Below, in pieces: positions 58,607 to 64,000 of a stretch of DNA of 64,000 nucleotides. Made by a program: the position numbers and the translations under genes. The DNA is from Escherichia coli (GTDB lineage: Bacteria; Pseudomonadota; Gammaproteobacteria; Enterobacterales; Enterobacteriaceae), in NCBI RefSeq assembly GCF_024298765.1, contig NZ_CP101212.1. The stretch is one strand, 5' to 3'. Within the stretch, counting starts at the first letter, position 1. Every line of letters starts with the position of its first letter. The notes beneath the pieces are model-generated. The model was not told the DNA's origin, made no database searches, and worked only from the letters and a program-made list of their open reading frames with translations.

Positions 58607-58999
58607 GTTGGAGTCATTACCCGCATGATTCAGCAGATAAATCCTTGAAAGCAGGTACTCAGCCCTCAGTGAACAGAATAAGTCAGCGTAATGTACTTTA
58701 GTGCTGACCACGTGCTCTGTATGATACAGAATCTATCTACTATAAACGAAAATACAGCACGATCAATGCTCACACTCTATATGGGACGTTCGTACCTGGA
58801 CATGATTATCTGTGTTCAATGTCCCCGCATGACCGTCTTAACATCCAGAATATTACGTTTCCAAAAAAACCAGAAATGATAAAAAATGAGCTTAACGTAC
58901 AATAATTTTCGATATCCAAACTGACCCCTGTAAGGCTGGCGCCTGGCGCTTTATGACATGAACGGTTGTAACCTTATGGGGAAGTCCATTGCAGTTAAA

Positions 59000-59008
59000 T
59001 GTGGATAA
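59000..59008 (-). promoter_or_regulatory. DnaA box (TTATCCACA on minus strand), probable RepFIIA oriR
   Basis: tgtggataa on plus strand, downstream of repA1 in the position expected for oriR. Confidence 0.4.
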
Positions 59009-59111
59009 GCAAAATTCCCCGTCTGTGAGGCGTGTTTTGTATCAAAAACAGGGGGGGCCAGATGCACCAGAAGGGTAAGCGTGCAGCAAGAACCGTATTG
59101 ACGGGGATGTG

Positions 59112-60650
59112 TTATTCAGTCGGCAGTGCTACGCGCCAGGGGAGCAGTTCGCCGACCCGGTTTATCGGCCAGTCGGCTATGACGTCAAGGACATAGCGGA
59201 GGTAGCTTTCTGGCTCCACTCCGTTCAGTTTGCACGTCCCGATCAGGCTGTACAGCAGCGCTCCCCGCTCTCCTCCATGATCCGAACCGAAGAACAGGTA
59301 GTTTTTGCGGCCCAGACTGACCATCCGCAACGCATTTTCAGCGATGTTATTGTCCGCCTCAGCCCAGCCATCATCTGCATAGTACGTCAGCGCCGGCCAC
59401 TGGTTCAGGGCGTATGCGAACGCTTTCGCCAGTTCTGAGTGTCGCGACAGGGTTTTCATCTTTTCACGCAGCCAGCTTTCCAGGGATTTCAGCAGCGGTT
59501 TCGTTTTCAACTGACGTTCGGCAAGGCGCTGCTCCGCCGTCATTCCCCTTATCTCTGCCTCGATGGCGTACAGTTCGCCGATCCGTTTCAGCGCTTCCTC
59601 CGTCAGGGCTGACGGGGTGCGAACGTGCACATCGTGGATTTTACGGCGGGCGTGAGCCCAACAGGCGGCTTCCGTTATCCGGCCATCCCGGTACAGCTCG
59701 TTGAACCCGGCGTATGCATCCGCCTGCAGTACACCACTGAACCCCGCAAGATGGGTCTGCGGATGGATGCCTTTTCTGTCCGGGCTGTAAGCGAACCACA
59801 CCGCCGGCGCCAGCGTTGACCCGGCGTTACGGTCGTCACGAACGTAGGTCCATAACCGCCCGGTCTTCGTTTTCTTATTGCCTGGCAACAGCACCGGGAC
59901 AGGCGTGTCATCAGCATGGAGCTTACCGTCAGTCAGCACATAGTCCTGAAGCGCTTCTTCCAGCGGTGACAGTAGCCGGCAGCATGCATCCACCCAGCCC
60001 GACAGCAGTGAACGACTCAGCTCCACGCCCTGGCGGCCGTACATTTCAGACTGGCGGTACAGCGGGGTGTGCTCTGCATACTTTGAGATCAGCACGCGGG
60101 CCAGCAGCCCCGGTCCTGCGATACCCCGCTCGATGGGCCGTGAAGGCGCGGGGGCCTGCACGATGGCATCGCACTGAGTACAGGCATGCTTTTCACGTAC
60201 AGTCCGGATAACCCGGAAGGCGCTGCGCATCAGCTCCAGCTGTTCGGCGGCATCCTCACCCAGATAGCTCAGCGAGCCTCCACATTCCGGGCAGCATGAC
60301 GCTGCCGGCAGCAGCCGTTTTTCATCGCGGGGGAGTGATTCGGGGAACGGTTTGCGGGTGCGGGTTTGACGCAGCGGGCGCTGCACGGCCGGGTCGTCAA
60401 CCCGACCGGTAAGGGTATCACTTTCTTTCTGAAGTGCCTTCAGGTCAGCTTCCATCTGTGCGATACGACGGGAGACTTTTTCCGAGCGGCTGCCGAAGTT
60501 CATCCGGCGCAGCTTATCCAGCTGTGCCTGCAGATGGTCTATTTCGCGTTCACGCTCGTTCAGCTTTTCCTGCAGGGCACGGTTCAGCGCCTCCTGTTCG
60601 GCAAGGAGACGTTTCAGTGCATTGATATCGTCAGGAAGTGAGCTGCTCAT
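59112..60650 (-). CDS. IS66-family transposase TnpC
   Basis: 512 aa, paralogous to 54403..55974. Confidence 0.85.
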   Translation of the reverse strand: MSSSLPDDINALKRLLAEQEALNRALQEKLNEREREIDHLQAQLDKLRRMNFGSRSEKVSRRIAQMEADLKALQKESDTLTGRVDDPAVQRPLRQTRTRKPFPESLPRDEKRLLPAASCCPECGGSLSYLGEDAAEQLELMRSAFRVIRTVREKHACTQCDAIVQAPAPSRPIERGIAGPGLLARVLISKYAEHTPLYRQSEMYGRQGVELSRSLLSGWVDACCRLLSPLEEALQDYVLTDGKLHADDTPVPVLLPGNKKTKTGRLWTYVRDDRNAGSTLAPAVWFAYSPDRKGIHPQTHLAGFSGVLQADAYAGFNELYRDGRITEAACWAHARRKIHDVHVRTPSALTEEALKRIGELYAIEAEIRGMTAEQRLAERQLKTKPLLKSLESWLREKMKTLSRHSELAKAFAYALNQWPALTYYADDGWAEADNNIAENALRMVSLGRKNYLFFGSDHGGERGALLYSLIGTCKLNGVEPESYLRYVLDVIADWPINRVGELLPWRVALPTE

Positions 60651-60698
60651 ACCGGGTATATTACCAGGCTCATTCAGCGTCGACCAGGATAAAGAGGC

Positions 60699-61046
60699 TT
60701 ACAACATAGTCAGGGACGTAAGCAGTCTTTTAGGCTGCCGCCAGTCGATACCTTCCAGCAGCATCGCCAGCTGTGCCGGTGTGAGGAACACTTTGCCATC
60801 CCGGGCTGACGGCCAGGCGAAGCGGCCGCGCTCCAGCCGTTTGGTCAGCAGACACAGTCCATCGCCGGTAGACCAGAGGAGCTTTACCTGACTGCCATTA
60901 CGCCCACGGAAGATAAAAACGTGACCTGACATCGGATCGTCTTTCAGCGTCGTCTGCACCTTTGCCGCCAGGCCGTTGAAGCCGTTTCTCATATCGGTGA
61001 TGCCAGCGACCAGCCAGATCTTTGTCCCTGATGGTAATGGGATCAA
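60699..61046 (-). CDS. IS66-family TnpB
   Basis: 115 aa. Confidence 0.8.
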   Translation of the reverse strand: MIPLPSGTKIWLVAGITDMRNGFNGLAAKVQTTLKDDPMSGHVFIFRGRNGSQVKLLWSTGDGLCLLTKRLERGRFAWPSARDGKVFLTPAQLAMLLEGIDWRQPKRLLTSLTML

Positions 61047-61447
61047 CGTTTGAGCTCCCGTATCAGCAGGTTCAGGATATTTTCACTGATGGCACCATTC
61101 AGACGGAGTGATCCGTGCCGGAACGTCACTTCACAGCTGATATTGAGTGATTCAGGTGTCGCAGTAGCTACAGGTTGTGACCGGGGGGAGGTTGTAGGGA
61201 CAACATCTTCGGCATCAAGTGTTATCGGGAGCAGCTCAGGCACGTTGTTTTCTGTTGTTGAAGGAGGACGTAGTTTTCCTTCGCGCCAGTACTGGCGCCA
61301 CTTGAACAGCAAATTATCGTTGATCCCATGCTCACGAGCGAGTTGCGCTACGGAGATCTCTGGTCGATGCGAGAGTTCAACCATTTTGATTTTGAACTCA
61401 ACGGGATAATTAGGGCTTTTTTTACGCACTGCGGTTAATGATTTCAT
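61043..61447 (-). CDS. IS66-family accessory protein TnpA (orf1)
   Basis: 134 aa. Confidence 0.7.
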   Translation of the reverse strand: MKSLTAVRKKSPNYPVEFKIKMVELSHRPEISVAQLAREHGINDNLLFKWRQYWREGKLRPPSTTENNVPELLPITLDAEDVVPTTSPRSQPVATATPESLNISCEVTFRHGSLRLNGAISENILNLLIRELKR

Positions 61448-61645
61448 GGATAGCGTCCACCATATTTGGTGTCCACTATTCTCTCAGGAATTTCAGGATC
61501 TGCCAGACGGTGCTGAGACGACGCTTACCCAGAAGGTGGATGATGAGGTTGTTTTTTGTATGAGGTGCTGCTTTTTTGTTCGCTGGCAGGCTTCAGGCGT
61601 GCGAATGCCTCCGGTGCGGGCCGGATTATTCAGAAGAGGTCACTT

Positions 61646-62503
61646 TCAGGGGGAAGCTGTGGCCAGCCGGCTGTAATTACGGTTACGTGACAGAATCATG
61701 CGCTCTTTCACACGACGCTCCACTTCGCGTTTTACCGCCTCACGATTGGCAGTGAAGCGCCCTTCCGAGATTTCACGCGTCAGCTGCCGTTTCACCAGGG
61801 TGACGATATCCTGACGTTCCCTGTTCGCATCACGACGCGCACGGGCACGCTTTATTCCACGGGACTTAAGCTCTGTCTGGTAACTGCGGAAACGCTCACG
61901 CACAAAACGCCAGGCTTTCGCTATCAGTTCATCCATACCCAGGGTATCCAGCCCCTGCTTTTTGCGCTGTCTGTTTTCCCATTCAACACGACTGCGGCGC
62001 GCAGCAACCACTGCATCCTCAGACACATCAAGGGCGGCAAATAACGCCGGTGTGAACGTGATATCGGTCGGAATGTAGCACCCGATAAGCGGATCATATT
62101 CCGTCTGGTAGGTAATCAGTCCCAGCTCTGCAAGGAACGTCAAGGCTCGGGAGGCCCGGGTGATGGAGAGTTTTCCGGCAGCAGACTCCGTCGCCAGTCC
62201 GCACTCAATGGCCAGCGTAGTGATGGAGCACTGGACGCGGTTGGCCAGCGGGTCATAGTGAAAACACAGCCCCTGCAGCAGCGCATCAATAGCCCGGCGA
62301 CGCAGTACCGGTGGCATGCGCCGACGCAGTCCCTTCGAACGGGCATGTGCCACATGAATGGCGAAATCAAAACGGGAGGTGAAGCCCACCGCCTTTTCCA
62401 TCAGTTTTTCGCAGAACTTCAGCGTTCCGGCACCTTCACGGGGTGTGAACACCGGATTCGGATTTTTAACCTGTGAATAGTATTTTTGAAGGAGATCAGC
62501 CAT
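61646..62503 (-). CDS. repA1: RepFIIA replication initiator RepA1
   Basis: 285 aa from [24 protein letters not shown]...; recognised as IncFII RepA1. Confidence 0.85.
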   Translation of the reverse strand: MADLLQKYYSQVKNPNPVFTPREGAGTLKFCEKLMEKAVGFTSRFDFAIHVAHARSKGLRRRMPPVLRRRAIDALLQGLCFHYDPLANRVQCSITTLAIECGLATESAAGKLSITRASRALTFLAELGLITYQTEYDPLIGCYIPTDITFTPALFAALDVSEDAVVAARRSRVEWENRQRKKQGLDTLGMDELIAKAWRFVRERFRSYQTELKSRGIKRARARRDANRERQDIVTLVKRQLTREISEGRFTANREAVKREVERRVKERMILSRNRNYSRLATASP

Positions 62504-62990
62504 GTCCCCCTCCAACACTATTCCCCCTCCTACGGGCGGTAACTAGCTCGTCTGGGCCGACACGTAAAGTTTCGAACATATCTGGTCTGAACCAGATGGT
62601 TCCTCCATCAAAAGCGATGAGATGAAGATCATTATCAAGAGTTTTGAGGGCTCTCCAAACACGAGTGTATGAACCTCCACTACAAACTGAAAGCTCTTTA
62701 ACAGATAAGTTAACTTTGTTCGTATCAGGGATGTAGTGTGCGCACATTACTTGTACGAGGGAAACATAAAAACTAACCATCGACGCGCTGATTTTATTTT
62801 TACGTTTGCCATGCGCTATTGCAAGCAAACCTCTGATGAAGATCAGATGCTTGAAGGAGTCAAAATGAGCCCTTTTCTGGAGAAGGCTGCAAAACGGGTG
62901 AGGATACTTGCTGGAATCAATGTGAAGATCTGATTCAATCCCACCCGCTATTACTGAATGTGTTTCATGATTAGCCACACCATCCTGCAC
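62496..62990 (-). CDS. Leader-position ORF homologous to the N-terminal half of RepA1; stop overlaps repA1 ATG (ATGGCTGA)
   Basis: Hand alignment: FCSLLQKRA vs FCEKLMEKA; [29 protein letters not shown] vs [29 protein letters not shown]; [11 protein letters not shown] vs [11 protein letters not shown]. Confidence 0.4.
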   Translation of the reverse strand: MQDGVANHETHSVIAGGIESDLHIDSSKYPHPFCSLLQKRAHFDSFKHLIFIRGLLAIAHGKRKNKISASMVSFYVSLVQVMCAHYIPDTNKVNLSVKELSVCSGGSYTRVWRALKTLDNDLHLIAFDGGTIWFRPDMFETLRVGPDELVTARRRGNSVGGGHG

Positions 62991-63109
62991 TTACAATGCA
63001 CAGAAGGAGTGAGCACAGAAAGAAGTCTTGAACTTTTCCGGGCATATAACTATACTCCCCGCATAGCTGAATTGTTGGCTATGCGGTTTTATGGGGCCCC
63101 GGTAATCTT

Positions 63110-63210
63110 TCTAGTCGCCAAACTTGAAGAAGATTATCGGGGTTTTCGCTTTTCTGGCTCCTGTAAATCCACATCAGAACCAGTTCCCTGCCACCTTACG
63201 GCGTGGCCAG
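63110..63210 (+). ncRNA. copA: CopA-like antisense RNA region of the IncFII copy-control system (approximate)
   Basis: Stem-loop ctgccac-cttacggc-gtggcag between repA2 and the repA1 leader; boundaries not determined. Confidence 0.35.
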
Positions 63211-63276
63211 CCACAAAATTCCTTAAACGATCAGCAATCTACCACTCACTCCTGAGATAAGCAAGAATGTGAATAT

Positions 63277-63534
63277 TTACGAAGTCGCTCTGCGTTTCAG
63301 CTCTGATTCAATCAGTTTTTCAAGCATCTGCGCCTGAGTAATACCTTCCTCATCCGCCAGTTCACTCAGCCTGTCTTTTAACCGGGCCTGAATAACCGCA
63401 TGAAAAGCCTTATGAGTGTTGCTTCTGCGAGCCAGAGAAGCTCTTTGCCTCTCTCTGGCCGGAACAGGGTTACCTTTCCGGTATGTACGCTTGGTGCCTG
63501 ATGAGGAAGTCACTGCATTTTCTGTCTGCGACAT
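63277..63534 (-). CDS. repA2: RepA2/CopB copy-number repressor
   Basis: 85 aa [31 protein letters not shown]... Confidence 0.8.
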   Translation of the reverse strand: MSQTENAVTSSSGTKRTYRKGNPVPARERQRASLARRSNTHKAFHAVIQARLKDRLSELADEEGITQAQMLEKLIESELKRRATS

Positions 63535-63817
63535 CTCGCCTCCTCAATTCTCAAACAGGGATCGTTTCGCAGAGAATACTACAGTTTTTTGAAATCAGCG
63601 ACTTGAAAGTTGTGACGATGATCTGTGTTGGCGCACAAATCATGTCTGATTACGACCGTTTAATGTGATTTTGATAATGAAATGACTGAAAAGCTGGAAA
63701 TGCCTTAGCCAGGGTGCCGGCCCCGGGCGGGACCGGCTGTTTCTGGTATATAGGGTGTCTGCCCCTGAAATACCTCACACTTCCGGAAAGCGGGGACTTC
63801 CGTCCCCGCCCGGCAGC

Positions 63818-63967
63818 TTACTTCCGTGCTTCGTAGGCCAGAGTTACCTGCACCACTGTATTTCCTCTGTGAATATTCAGCTCACATAACCGTTCCCTGA
63901 ATATCAGTGAAAAACACAACACCGTGGCGCACACGGCGAGCAACCCGATAAGGGCATATTTCGTCAT
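63818..63967 (-). CDS. srnB: Hok/Gef-family toxin (SrnB-like), 49 aa; below the ORF-track size cut-off
   Basis: Minus-strand translation MTKYALIGLLAVCATVLCFSLIFRERLCELNIHRGNTVVQVTLAYEARK; hairpin cggggacttccgtccccg just downstream. Confidence 0.7.
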   Translation of the reverse strand: MTKYALIGLLAVCATVLCFSLIFRERLCELNIHRGNTVVQVTLAYEARK

Positions 63968-64000
63968 AAACTTTGACCTCTCAGCAAAGAAGAGGCTACA

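Larger units (their letters stand above)
57854..58621 (+). mobile_element. IS1 (768 bp), inverted relative to the copy at 46841
   Basis: IS1 ends read directly. Confidence 0.9.
49828..58928 (-). mobile_element. Tn3-family transposon (about 9.1 kb) with 38-bp terminal inverted repeats and 5-bp target duplication TGTAA
   Basis: GGGGTCAGTTTGGATATCGAAAATTATTGTACGTTAAG at 49828..49865 and inverted at 58891..58928; TGTAA at 49823..49827 and 58929..58933. Confidence 0.8.
59075..61528 (-). mobile_element. Second IS66-family element with 8-bp target duplication CCAGAAGG
   Basis: gtaagcg end at 59075, cgcttac end at 61528; CCAGAAGG at 59067..59074 and 61529..61536. Confidence 0.8.

Overview
This window reads as a mosaic IncF (RepFIB + RepFIIA) ColV-type virulence/resistance plasmid segment from an enterobacterium, most likely E. 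coli. All calls are from reading the sequence and the supplied ORF translations; no searches or computations were run, so named identities are recognition-based and coordinates of element ends are hand-counted. Backbone and virulence content: RepFIB repA with downstream iterons and int; mig-14-like, hlyF and plasmid ompT; the etsABC efflux/secretion system; iss; the salmochelin cluster iroBCDEN; a RepFIIA replicon (repA2, copA, repA1) with pemIK, a tir-like gene and hok/srnB. Mobile and resistance content: an IS629-like element, a group II intron beside IS911-like debris, IS200/IS2/other transposase remnants, two inverted IS26 copies around a class 1 integron remnant (intI1, dfrA17, aadA5), IS3 nested in IS2, two inverted IS1 copies, and a Tn3-family transposon carrying an arsR/permease module split by an IS66-family element, with a second IS66-family element next to oriR. 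No rRNA, tRNA or CRISPR array was seen. The best candidates for something not conventionally described are: (1) an AT-rich single-gene HEPN/AbiJ-like putative defence locus in IS debris; (2) a divergent DAHP synthase with a near-consensus Fur box next to the iro locus; (3) a RepFIIA replicon with two insertions flanking the origin DnaA box and a RepA1-like ORF in the leader-peptide position; (4) an orphan divergent CobW-type GTPase.
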